Both the position numbers and the translations under genes were made by a program. Positions 10,280 through 22,500 of a stretch of DNA of 64,000 bases are shown here, in pieces; the first letter of the stretch is position 1, and the number at the start of each line of letters is the position of its first letter. The stretch comes from Glaucostegus cemiculus (taxonomy: Eukaryota): contig CDPCPM010000238.1 of the NCBI GenBank assembly GCA_976551045.1, positions 2,666,001 through 2,730,000 on the forward strand. The letters are read 5' to 3'. The notes below the pieces were generated by a model, which had not been told where the DNA came from, made no database searches, and worked only from the letters and a program-made list of their open reading frames with translations.

Positions 10280-11245
10280 ATTGATCTTCATCCCTGTTGT
10301 TTGTGATATATATACTGCATATAAAAGACTGTATGATGTAGGGTATATTGAAGACTATAGTTAGTTTGTGAATGACACAAAAATTCGTGGTGGAATGGAT
10401 GGTGGATTTGTTATCTAAGGCTACAGAAGGACATGGAAGAGACGAAATGTTGGACAGAGCTTTGGCAGCTGAAATTTAATCTAGGCAAGATGCGTCTGGG
10501 GAAGGTAAGCAGAGATAGGACACACACAGAAAATAGTAGTGCACTAAGGAATGCTGGTGGACAGAAGAACTATCGATCCCTGAAAGTGGCAACAGGGTAG
10601 ATAAGGAGGTAAAGAAGGCATATGACGTATTTGGTTTCATCGGCTGGGATAAAGAAAATAAAAGATGGGATCTTATGTTCCAAATTTACAAAACACCCGT
10701 TTGTCCGCATTTGGAGTATTGTGTGCGGTTCTGGTCGTCACCTTTTACGAAGGATGTGGTTGGGCTGGAGAGGGTGAAGAGGGCATTCACCAGGATGTCG
10801 TATTGATTGGAGGACTTTAGTTACGGTGGGTGATTGGATAGCTGGGCTTGTTTTTATTGGAGCATAGGAGGATGAGGGGCAAACCTGCAGAGGTATATAA
10901 TATGACAAGAGGCATAGAAAGGGTAGATAGTCAGAATCGATACCCCATTGTAGGAGTATGAAAAAGGAGGTCATGGGTTAATTTGAAAGAGAAGAGTTTG
11001 CCAAAAGATTTGAGGGGAAATGTTTGTTTTTACACGAAGAGTAGTTGATATTTGGAACTCGTTTCCTGTTGCAATCTTATATGGTCTCTATATTTCAGAT
11101 ACATTTAGAGCGGCACTTTAACAGGCAAATCATAGAAGCAAAAGGAGTTTATCTAGGCAAGCGGGAATAGTTTAGGTGGGCAAATAGGTTAGCAGTTATG
11201 TACAGGATTGAAGGACCCGTTATACACTGTCTAGTTCTTTGACTC
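10280..11245 (+). mobile_element. 5'-truncated CR1 LINE (also ~25600-26600, ~40970-41935)
   Basis: Decayed DDTKI...LQKD...WQLKFN...PHLEYCVRFWS motifs of CR1 ORF2 with stops and frameshifts. Confidence 0.85.
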
Positions 11246-11269
11246 TGTCGCCGTCACCACATCCAGGGA

Positions 11270-11935
11270 TCTGAGCACACTTCCAGTTGAGCAGAGATTT
11301 TCCTCCATCCTGGTTTATCTCATCGTTGCTGGCGATGGGGCCTCCTTTACGTTGGTGAAACCAAGCGTAGACTTGTTGAACATTTTGCAGAGTACCTGCC
11401 GTCTGTCAGAAATAGCCATCTTGAGTTTCCCGCTGCATGTAATTTCAACTCTCCCTCCCGTCCCCATACCAACCTATCTGTCTTTGGCCTTCTTCACTGC
11501 CGCAGTGAGTCCAGCGCAAACTAAAAGTACAGCACTTCAAATTCGACTCAGATGGCATGAAGATGGAATTTTCTATTTTTGGGTAACCCACTCAGCCCTT
11601 GCTCCTTTCTCACTCCAAGGTTCTCTCTCCCTTTGTTTACTTCTACCATCCCCCCCCCCCGTTATTTAGACATCACCCTCCCAAACCTGGTTCCTCCCAT
11701 CTGTCCATCATCCCTCACTTATCTGGTTCCACTTAGTACTTACCACCCCCTATCTCACCCCTCCCTCTCACTTCTATATACTACCTTCCATCTACACTCT
11801 CAGCCCTGATGCAGGGTCTTGACTCCATATCTCAGCCATCCGATTGTCTCCACAGACTCTGCTCGACCTGCTGAGTTCCTCCACTAGTTCAATTTATTAT
11901 GCCAGATTCCAATATCTGCAGTCTCTCTTGTTTAC
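11270..11935 (+). mobile_element. Penelope-like element 3' remnant with GIY-YIG endonuclease fragment (also ~26630-27295, ~41960-42620)
   Basis: One frame reads GLLYVGETKRRLVEHFAEYL, followed by a pyrimidine-rich tract and the gacctgctgagttcctcca terminal motif. Confidence 0.8.
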
Positions 11936-14809
11936 AAAATCTACATCTCGATCAGTTGTTCAAAAATGTTTTCTTGCCGAAATCATTTTGTAAATGAAAT
12001 GCAGAAATTATAATAATTAAAAGTTTTCAATGCAGTTTATCGGCCTGATAGGGTTGACGACCCTTAATCAGCAATTGCCAGTTCTGATAAAACCTGAAAC
12101 TTAAAGTGGTTTCTTTGTCCACTGACGCGGCTTGACTAACTACGTTCTTCCATCATTTCTGTTTACGTTTCAGATTCCGGCATCTGCAATTTTATTTGTT
12201 CTCCACACGGTGTTCTCTTGTTGGAACCGCATGTAGTTCCGTTTCCTACCACTGGGAGGGTTTTATCACATCACTGAGATTCCCCGTTGCTCAGTGGCGC
12301 AGCTCCGATCAGCTGTGAGGGCACTAACATGAGAGGCGCAGTCTGAGTGACTGCAGCGGTTGTCCGAATTTCAGAAGCGGCGCTGTTCCCAGAGTCACCG
12401 ACACTAACGTACAGTGGGCGCTGCTGGGCGATGGAGTTCCCTTGTGGAATAAAGTGTACAGGTGACAGTGGGGTTGGAATAAATTACCTGGGATGGCATG
12501 TGCTCTAAAGGGTCGAGGATGGAGCCGGAAGGTCGGGGCGGAAGGAAGAGGCAGCCGAAGCGGGAGGTTACGGAAATTAACCCTTTGTTGCTGGAAGCGA
12601 AGGAGAAAGTGAGCGAGGCCTGGAGCCAGGTGCTCGAGTACTCGCAACGTGAGGGAAGTGCAGAGGGCCCTGGAATACGGGGCTGCAATGAGAGATAGGA
12701 GGTTCCGTGGGTGGACCAGCGGGAACATCGTGGCCGGAGTTCATGTATCAGCACGGCTCACTCTTGTACGAGTCAGACAATCATGCATTCGGGTCTATTC
12801 GAAGATTGGGGCGCCTAATCTGGGCTGAGACTTTAGTGAAAGAGAATATAAAAGCACAAGAAATAAACAAACAAATACAGTTCTCAAATCATTGTCACAC
12901 TAAAGCAAGACTTTATTACTTCAGTGCTTCAACTCTCACTGTGGCACTTGCCTCCAAATTTCTCGCTGTACTTGAGTGTTTTATTTCTGTTTCTAATGAA
13001 CCAGCGTCGAATGATTGTGTTCGCCTCCGTACTACAACGTCAACACTGACGAGTTTTGCACTGTTTAACAAATATTTCATGTTTCTGCTCTTCTTACCAA
13101 ACTGGTAAACCCAATACTTCCCCACATTATATCCCACTTGCCATCGATTTGCCTGCTCAGTCTTACTGTGTTGTGGATCCGCATTGCCCTCACAGCTCCG
13201 CGTTCACGGAGCTTTGTATAGTCAGTAAAGTTGGATACACTACACCAATTGGTAAATTCACCAATTTACATTGTAAGTAGCTGAGGCCCATATATGGGCT
13301 CCGTGTCAGATTATGACGAGTAGGGAGCCAATCTGAAAAGGTAACAACCTTAGTTTAATAGTAGTGTACCCGAGTAATCTTCCAGCAATCAGTATTTTCT
13401 CCTATTTCAGATACTATTTGTCTCCTATTGTTTAAACCTCCAACACATTTCACCACTATACCACTCTCTCGATCTTTCCTGGTGTCTGACTTATCACAAT
13501 TTCTTTTGTTCTTTCTCCACCTCCCCTCTTTCTGCATATTGTTATATTTCAACATTTTCCCAGTTCTGCTGGATGTTAATCAAACTGCAATATTAACCCG
13601 TTGTCTCTTTCCTCTTGCCTGACTTGCTGAATATTTTCAGCATTTTCTGTCCCTTTAATGGTTTTACTTTTCTGTCTGTTCCAAGTACATTTTTCGGAAC
13701 CGGCCCCGCCTACGTGCTTTATTTGAGGGCTGCACTAAAGCATGCTGAGGAAGAATTGCTGATCAGATACTAGGGTTGTTTTCTCCACTATTGTCCACTA
13801 AGATCAGACAGCGGGTGTCTTCTTCAATGTCACACAACAGCAGTGCTGCACCAAAGTGTTTGTCAGTCTAGGTGACATTTCAGTCTTATAACATGATTCA
13901 GAGGTGACAGGACTGCTACTTTCTCCAAGCACACATCTGTAGACTTCTTCCAGCCATTGAGGGGTGCTGCCTGCACCACGATGGCATGCCAGTAATTTCT
14001 CAAGGCGGGAAATGTACTCTCAGGTTCTCTGATAGGGACCTTGAGAAATTTGTGCACCACATCATCCACAGGACGAACGTCCACTGTTCAAGAGGATCAG
14101 GGGGCGCAGGCACGAGGGGTGTAGCTATTGTGATTGAAAACTTAGGGAGCGTTTTGTCAGGCCCATGCTCCCGTCCTCCTCCCCATGTAGTTGTTGACAA
14201 AAATAAATAGCAACTTTCACTCACGTTTGCCGGGGTCATTTCTTGGAGCCGTTTGCAATTCTCAATCTTATATTGGGATAAAAAAAACCATTTTAGCGGA
14301 ACATAGATTTGATACAGGAGCAGAAGGTTTTACACTGGGTTAAAAAACAGGCATCCTTTCTAATATGGCACATCTGGCAAATCTAACAGCAACCTTTCAG
14401 GACTATTGCCAGATTGAAGCCTTATTTGACATCTTCCCGACGACGTGAGGGATCTGCAATGCAGAGTGAACATGTGACTGATTAATCTGATCCTCTGGGC
14501 TGATATACAAGTAGAGGAAGTGCGGTAGTGTGATGTAAAGAGGGTTAATGTCCTTCACAACCCCAATCTGGGGGTATCAGAAACCTATGAGGTGTAGCAT
14601 ATATCTGCAAAGGCACACTGGAAGGATCATGAGTTTGGGAAGTTAAGTGGTAGACTTTGTCTTCCACCGTGAGAGCAGGCCAGACACATACGTCATTGGT
14701 TATAGAGCAGTAAAAACAAGCCATTCAGTCCTCTGAGCCTGCATTAACCGTAAACGTCCATTAACCCTAATTCTACTAATTCTATATTAATCTAATTTTT
14801 GCTCTCCCA

Positions 14810-14890
14810 ACATATATATATTGATATATAAATATAATGTATTATATAAATAGAATATAATATACTTATATAAATATATAATAGATAATC
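14810..14890. repeat. AT-rich low-complexity tract (also ~30175-30250, ~45485-45560)
   Basis: Almost exclusively A/T, degenerate (TA)n. Confidence 0.8.
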
Positions 14891-14894
14891 CATC

Positions 14895-15085
14895 TCGGCC
14901 ACTTCTCGAAGTTCACACCATCACAGAAGCCAGTCGTCAGCAAATTTGATCCACACCGCGTGATATTCAGGAAAGTATGAACCCACTAGATACATTAAAG
15001 GAAATGGCAGCAGCCAACATTCCAGCTGGAGTTCTGAAGACCTGTGCTCAAGGACTAGCCAAGCCTTTTCAGTGCAGATCTGGGT
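14895..15085 (+). mobile_element. LINE ORF2 fragment (pre-RT region)
   Basis: Decayed TPRDI...LDT...NIPAGVLKTCAQ resembles the KAMGPDNIPA-VLKTCA stretch of CR1/L2-clade LINEs. Confidence 0.6.
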
Positions 15086-16419
15086 GAAAGCGATGTTCAG
15101 GTGAAGTTATTGCAAAGGCATTGCTCTGCACTTTAGATTATTCCTTTTGTTCGGGAGAGATGACAAACTGCTGCTTGTTTGTCATTAATGGTTGACTAAA
15201 AGCTCCTACTGTTGCTCTTTGAAATGGTAGTTCTGTAGGTTAGGCAGTGAGTTTCCTTTTTACCCCAGTTATTGCCCTTGACAACCTACCATTGTACACC
15301 ACAACAAAACTACATTATATCTCATGGTTCACTAGTTAATGTAGGTATCTCTCCGCTCCAGTAACAACTTAGTCCTAACTCCTGCGGCTACTGTTGTGGA
15401 GTTTGCATATTCTTCATCTGCCTGTGTGGGTTTTCCCCAGGTTCTTCAGTTCCCTCCCACTTTAAAACACGCTGGTTGGTTGCCTGCTGTAAATTGTCCC
15501 TGGTGTACGTGGGTAGCAGGAGTTAAGGGACATGGGAGAGAGAATCGGTTGCAGAGAAATGATGAATGGGACTTCCGAGAGCTGGCACAGATATGATAAG
15601 CCAAATGGCCTAATCATAATCAAGTATGATGTAGTACCAGCAGACCTGTACTAATTTACTTGCATGAGTGCATTTCTACCTGCTTCCAGCGGTCTGCAAA
15701 TGCTGGCCAGACTTCACAGTTGTTCTTATGCGCAGCAGTTACTTTATTGAAAGGCTGGTCTCCAATCCCAAATATTCTAGGTGATTATGGAGCCTGCAAT
15801 TTGAATCTACTTTAAAATCTACCTATACATGTCGAAGTCTTTCTGTACATATGTTTGAACCTGGAGAAAATGAAAACATTTCTATAGTGGGACTAGACTG
15901 CAACTTCTAGTTGTTCCGCCCGCTTCAGTTCAGCCCATGGTAATTGTTTAGGGAAGGGTGCATTTCTCTCGTGGTTCAGTGGTTGTAAATTCCTTCTCTG
16001 TTTTGTATGCAGGCAGGTGCCAATCACAGCAACTAACAGACATGAAGCCTCGGGTGGATTTGAAAACAAAAGTAGTTTTAATACGTTGAAAATAACATTA
16101 TTTTTAAGAAGTTGAATAAATGGGTATTTGCTTACAGGACGGAAGTTATCATGCGCTGACCCTGCGAAATGTTAATAACATCACACTAAATGCACGGTGC
16201 ACTTCCAGAAGACAACATAAGTGGGCGAGCGCAGGATTTGAATTTGCGCCCTGCGTAAAACTGCCTTGGACGTTAAAAACGCAGGTAGCTGACGGGCCGG
16301 TTTCCAACTCCGCCAGCTTATCGGCTGACTGCTGAAGTTGGAAAGACCTCCTCCCTGCTCCCCTGTGATGTGGATCGTCAGTCCTTCGGCCGGCAGCAAC
16401 ACGCGATTTGGATCCTCCT

Positions 16420-16563
16420 TCATTCACGGTCCCACGTTCTCTTTGAAGTATTTACACCTGCGTACACTGAGTGCTTGTCCTGATGTTTAGGTGCTGATGT
16501 TTTGTTGGATTTAGGAAGGTTCAGGGCGGCGTAAGTCAGTTTGTCAGCCCCGCCTCCTTTAGT
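16420..16563 (-). CDS. Copy 2 terminal ITIM exon
   Basis: Same as copy 1. Confidence 0.88.
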   Translation of the reverse strand, partial: TKGGGADKLTYAALNLPKSNKTSAPKHQDKHSVYAGVNTSKRTWDRE

Positions 16564-19500
16564 CTGTGAAAGTAATTCAATATCGTTTGTTATTGAATAC
16601 GGGAAGCAATCGATTTTTTAAACATCTTTGATCAGTATCAGACGGTGGCCGATTTATTAAGATCTTTTCTTACTCCGATTTTCTTATCTGATTATACTGA
16701 GCCTTAATTCTAGGAGCCATTCCAGGCTCCACAGAGCAACGTTTACTTCCGTATTTACTATTGATATGTTAGGTTGTTGACAGTGTAATCTATCTGAAGA
16801 AACAGGTAAACACTTAAAGTAGCATTTATATAACTAAATTCTTAGAATGCTAAGACATTGATGCATATTTTAGCTTTCGGCGTCTGTTCCCAGAAAACTG
16901 CTCATATAGTGGGAGAGCGGTGTTACTGACGGGGCTGCTGTGCTGGGGACCAAGTTAAGGAAAGACACTTCGCTGGCGCTCCGATCTCAATTAAAGAAGT
17001 CAGCGATCCAGTCGCCGCGTGGTCCGATGTGGAGTTAGCCACCCTAATATGCAATGGTTATTTGTGAGGGTTGCTATTGGGCAAGATGGGTGGTGCAGGG
17101 GGGCCTAGAGTGGCTGTGATGCATGGCTCAGTGCTGAATCTTGGGCGGCAAGGTAAGTGCGGACCAATGGTACTGACAAGCTTCAGACCACCCGAATCCC
17201 ACAATCCCTGCCATCGCCTCCGGCTGGGGGTGATGCAAGTTGCTGATTACCCTTTTTCCCAGCCCCGAGATTTCTCTGTGTTCACAAGGGACCACACTAA
17301 GGTTACTGTATCCAAACCTCAGGGTTTGGAGAGGTGTTCTGCCAAAAAAAAAAGAGAGGCATCGAACAGGAGGTGATGGGCAGACCCTTCTCACGCCAAT
17401 CCAGAGGAATGATGCCTGGACTGAAGGGACTGAGTTGCAAAGAGACTTTGGGAAGACTGGAGACACAGATGCTGGGATATGGAGCAACAACCAAAATGCT
17501 GGAGGAACTCAGTGGGTCAGGAAGCATCTGTGAAGGGAAATGGACAGTCGCCGTTTCTGGTGGAGACCTTTCAAGTCATCTGCACTGATGAAGGGTCAGG
17601 ATGAAGGGTCTCAATCTGAAAGATCAACAGTTCATTAACCTCCACAGATACTGCCTGCTCCGCTGAGTACCTCCAGCATTTTGTTTGTTACAATGGGTAG
17701 GTTGGTACTGACTTCCCTGGAATGAAGGGGGTTGAACGGTGACTTTATAAAGGGTTATAAAATTATAAGGGGGTGTGGATAGGGTAGATAATCAGTCTTT
17801 TTCCCATGGCCGGGGAGTCTAGAAAAAGAGGATAGATGTGGGAGTCAGAAGATTGAAAAGGGATCAGAGGGGCAAGTTTTCCACACAGAGAGTGCTGGGT
17901 ATATGGAACAAGCTATCAGAAAATGTGGTAGAGGCAGGTAATATTACAGCATATAAAAGACATTTGGACAGGTACGTGGATAGGAAAGGTTTAGAGGCAT
18001 ATGTGCCAAACGCAGGCAAATGGGATTAGCAGAGATAGACATCTAGTTCGGCACTGACGAGTTAGTAGAATGGCCCATTTCCGTGCTGTACGATTCCATG
18101 AATCCCTCGGGTATACCTGGGAATAAATGACATGTTCCTCCTGGCGTCGACCTTTGGTAAATCCTTTGTCCGCTCTCAAGTTTAGTGTAGCGTAGGCAGT
18201 GGTATGTTTAACTGGTGCTTGTCTAGCCTGTTCCAATAAGACATTTAACACTGTTAGCGGCGAGTCTGATGGAGCGGATAGCTGCCTTAAGCTAGAACGG
18301 AATCTTAATTTGTAAACACACAGATCGATAAAATTGGGGCCCAGTAACATTCTACAATCAATGACAGTGCCCAGTATCTTACACGTGGGAGGATGTAAAT
18401 TTCTAAATGTAAATACTTTGGCTCTCAAGTCAGAATGGCTTTCAAGCTACAGCTTAAAATTTACCCTGTGAATAATATAAACTTCTCAATTCCAGCATCC
18501 CCTCCTTCCCCCTTATCTTTATCTTTCGACTTTCCAAAATATTTTTTTGTTGTTGTTGAATGCAGTGGCATCGGTCCCCTTCTCTTTCTCAGCGAGCATG
18601 GTCTCTTGAAGTGGTCAAGAGCAGGGTCAGAGACTGACGTTTGCCTTATTCATTTCCCGGTACTTATAACCCTAGGTCTCTAACAGAATGTATGATCTAA
18701 TCACTCCCCCCTTTCCCATTTTCTAATTTAGGGATACCGGGGAGACCTGAAGCACTGTTCCAGACAGACGGACAGTCTTCCGCCTCTTCCTATCTATTTG
18801 GTTCCCTTGCGGAATAATTCCATGAAGGAAGTTAGGGTCTGGTGAGATACTTACGATTGAAACAGGGAAGGGAATTGGATAGACATGCCGCGTTAACTAC
18901 AGATATTTATTTTGGCATGACTAAAGCATGGCGTACAGAAGGAAGAAGTATTCCTATAGGTCACTTACTGGGTCTCAGCTGAAATATTGCACTAAAATCT
19001 GGGCACAACATCCTGAGAAAAACCTGTCTAGATCTGGGGAAAAAAGTTGCGAAGGAAATGTTTTAGTATGACACCAGCGATGAAAGACTAACTTATGCCA
19101 AGGATATCTAAAGCAGTTGTGATCGTTCTGCTTGTATCAGCTAGGATTAAAGATGTAATAAATATTTGAAGGATTTTGAATGAGTAATTACGGAGGAACT
19201 ATTTGCACTACTAAATGAGTGATATAGAAAATGATATAAGAAATTTGCCAGAAGAATTGAAGAAAGATGTCGGGAATATTTTTATTTTTCTCAGTCATAG
19301 TTTCAGGATTGAGGACGTGTTGCTTCAACTCTGTTTCTGAGTAAGGGAACGGGTTTTTGTGTGAATTCTTTTAATGGAGATGGCTGTTGGACACCAGTCA
19401 ACAAACGGTCTTGACAGAGGAGATCTAATTGGCAAGCCATTGTCAAGCAGATTCAAGACGGCTGGAAACAAGATTCTGCTGCACAGCCGTTACTTTGGTA

Positions 19501-22500
19501 CAGGGACCAGAACTGCACAGGAACCGCCCAACAAGGGTTAACCAATGGGATTATCAGCGCCTCAGCAAGAATCGCTACCTTTGCACCCCCCCCCCCCACA
19601 ACTTTGTAATATATTTCAACATATCATTTGTCTTGTTAATTGCTTGGTAAATTTTCAGTCCGATGCGCAACGGCTCTTCTGAATAATAATTATTAAATTC
19701 ACATCACTCAGGAAGTAATCCTTTTTTTCTATTCTTGCAACTTCGCACTTTGTCTTCTGCTTAATGTACATGACCTGCGGTGCATTCTTGGAACTTTTAA
19801 ATAAGGATTGACAGATATTTGAAAATAAAGAGTTACGATAGACAGAATAGACACTTCTGCACCACAATAGTCTGATATTTTACTCAATGAAATTAAAAGT
19901 TTGTCTGCTGAATGTAACATTTTTGAAAAAAAATCTTTGAAATATTAAGGACATTGTCACCCTACCGGTTCTGCGCTTTGACTTGGTTCCATCGAACTTG
20001 TATTAACATCTACAAAAATAACGTGATTAGCAAAGTTTGTGATAACAATGTCAACATAATGTATTTGAAGCTCATGATATTTATTGCCTGAAGTAAGGAT
20101 TCCATTTCGCGCGGATATTTTTGAAAACATTTAGCAATGCTGGTTGTTGCAAGTTTATATTTATATCTTAGCTTCTCATACTCTTTACTGATGTTGTACC
20201 TAATGTAGTGGGGCTTGACATTGAAATAGTAAAATGGTGATAGCATGCCACCAATTTTGATAGTCTCATAATTACAACGAAAATTCAAAGCACGAGGATT
20301 TAGATCAGGTCGCCTGCAAAGAAAATCAAAATCTATATCAAGTTGTTTATGATTCAAGATACTTTCAAAAATGCAATAAATGAACAATTCCAGGTGGTTG
20401 AAAAATTGAGGTGTAGAAGATGAATGATTAATTGGAATGAGAAGATGAATTTTTATTTTAAGATCCACTTCATTTTGTCAGAATCAGCTATCAGACACAT
20501 GATGCTTTTGTTATGCCAGCTTAATAATTAACAATGTTCTTTATTCTTCTATAGTCGATTAGCATTAACCTGCTGCTCCTGTTTGTTAAAAATACAATTA
20601 AGATGTTAACGCATTTCGTTTAATAAATGAAGGTCTTACCACATGACGCCTTTAATCTCCGTATTGTCAGAATTATAATTAGAACTAAAATTGCCAACCC
20701 GCCCGCTGCACACCCGAGAATCAGGACAATATGAGGCTCTACAGGAGAAACAGACAAATTAGAAGATGTAAAACCTATGCACATAGAGGTACACCGAGGA
20801 AATTGCGAAGCAGCAAAATAGAGCATTTCACGGTTGTTTTACAATTTCCATATACCGAATGGAACCATTGCAATTTAGTGATGAAATGTAAGAAAAATCA
20901 AACAAACCCTCTTACTTAATGAGCAGGGTGCCTCTGTTTACAAATCAGGTGACTTACTAAGAGTAAAACGAGTCTTGCTTTTCTCTTTGAGTGCGACACT
21001 AAACAGTGGGCACAAGCTTTAAAAGTTACAAAGCCTTCCATATACCAGGACTGGCACCCAACACCTGTTTCTACAGCTTTTGAGGTGTAAGAAGAGTAAG
21101 TTGCATTTACTTTTGCATTTATAACCCTCCTGGCATGTAGAAATAGTGTATACTCACAACATTTGACGGCGAATCGCAGACTAACAGATATCAGGAGAGT
21201 TGACCTGATCCTGCATGTAAAGGGCATGTAAACGTAAAGAACCCGCCTTTCATCCTAAAGAACACGTGTCTTGTTCCAGTCTTCTTCTTCTATGCCCCAT
21301 CGTGTCTTTTTGCAGCTCAGAGCTGATTTATTTTGCTTAGGAACGCATCTGTTAAGTACCTTGAAGCTGTGCTCTGTCACAGGCACTATCTACATTCAAC
21401 TTATCAATTCATCTTACGCGGATACAGTACAGAAAACAAAATCAGCGCGGAATAATGCATTAGCTTGTTTGTAAATTGCTTTTCCATTGTGAATAAATGC
21501 GGTTCACATTTCCTCCTCATCCCATGTTTATACAGATGTCCAGCTACATTTCCAAAACGGGTTATAGCCCTCTCTCTGTTTCCAGTCTTACCTCGCTCCA
21601 CGGTGTAGTCGACTCTGGCGGGCACCGTAAGGGATTCATGCGAAACCAGGCAACTGTAAACGTCGTTGCTCCAGGCAGGCGAAGTTATTTCGAGAAAACT
21701 GGAAGCCTCATACAACCCCTCCATGCTGCGGGTTTTCACGTTTTCTATCCCGGTCAGAATCGTTACACCATTTCTAAGCCAGGAGAACAAACATTCCCCC
21801 GGATAAAAAGCAGCCGTTTTACACATGAGTTTTCGCGAATTCGGTGAAGCCTCTTCAACCAGAAACATTTTGAGGGGAGTTGGCCGAGCTGCAACAGAAA
21901 AATAGGTATGTTGAATGTTTTCTTGGCATGTCAATAAATACACTCTGGTTAGCCTTATCACCTCGCGATCCCGCAGTCCCACCTGCGATCGCTTCTAAAC
22001 CTGTAGGTTTGGCTTTATCGTCAAATATATTCAAGCAATGCATGAGGAATGTGAAACTACTTGTAGGTACTGTGACGGGAATGCGCCGCTGTTCTGAATG
22101 GAAGTGCCGGATTTTCCACGCGGTAGCAGCTAGTAACAAACTTCAGTGTTTACTTCAAAACTAGCTATTTTTAGACGTTTATTGCAAGGAATGAGATATG
22201 TATAATGGAGCGTCGTAGCGACAGACAGCACAGAAATCAGTATGAACCCCCCCCCCCCGGGTTCACACTAACCATTAAGCATTCATCTCCACTTATCCCA
22301 TTTTCATCCAGCATCCCGATAAACTAGCCCCATCCTTGCCCTTCAGTAGGTACTTATCCCGCCAGCCAGCATCCTTTGGCATTTGGAAGAGACCGGATCT
22401 CCGGAGGAAAATCCACGTGTGCACAGGGAGAATGTGAAATTGCAGGCAGAGAGCTCCCAAGGACATGATCGAACCTGCCGGCTGAAGCTGCGGACAGCTG

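Larger units (their letters stand above)
1..15296. repeat. Tandem segmental duplication unit 1 (~15.3 kb, one receptor gene per unit)
   Basis: caccacaacaaaactacatt recurs at 1, 15297, 30661 and 45970; the ORF track repeats with offsets 15296/30660/45969. The unit boundary is arbitrary (window start). Confidence 0.97.
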
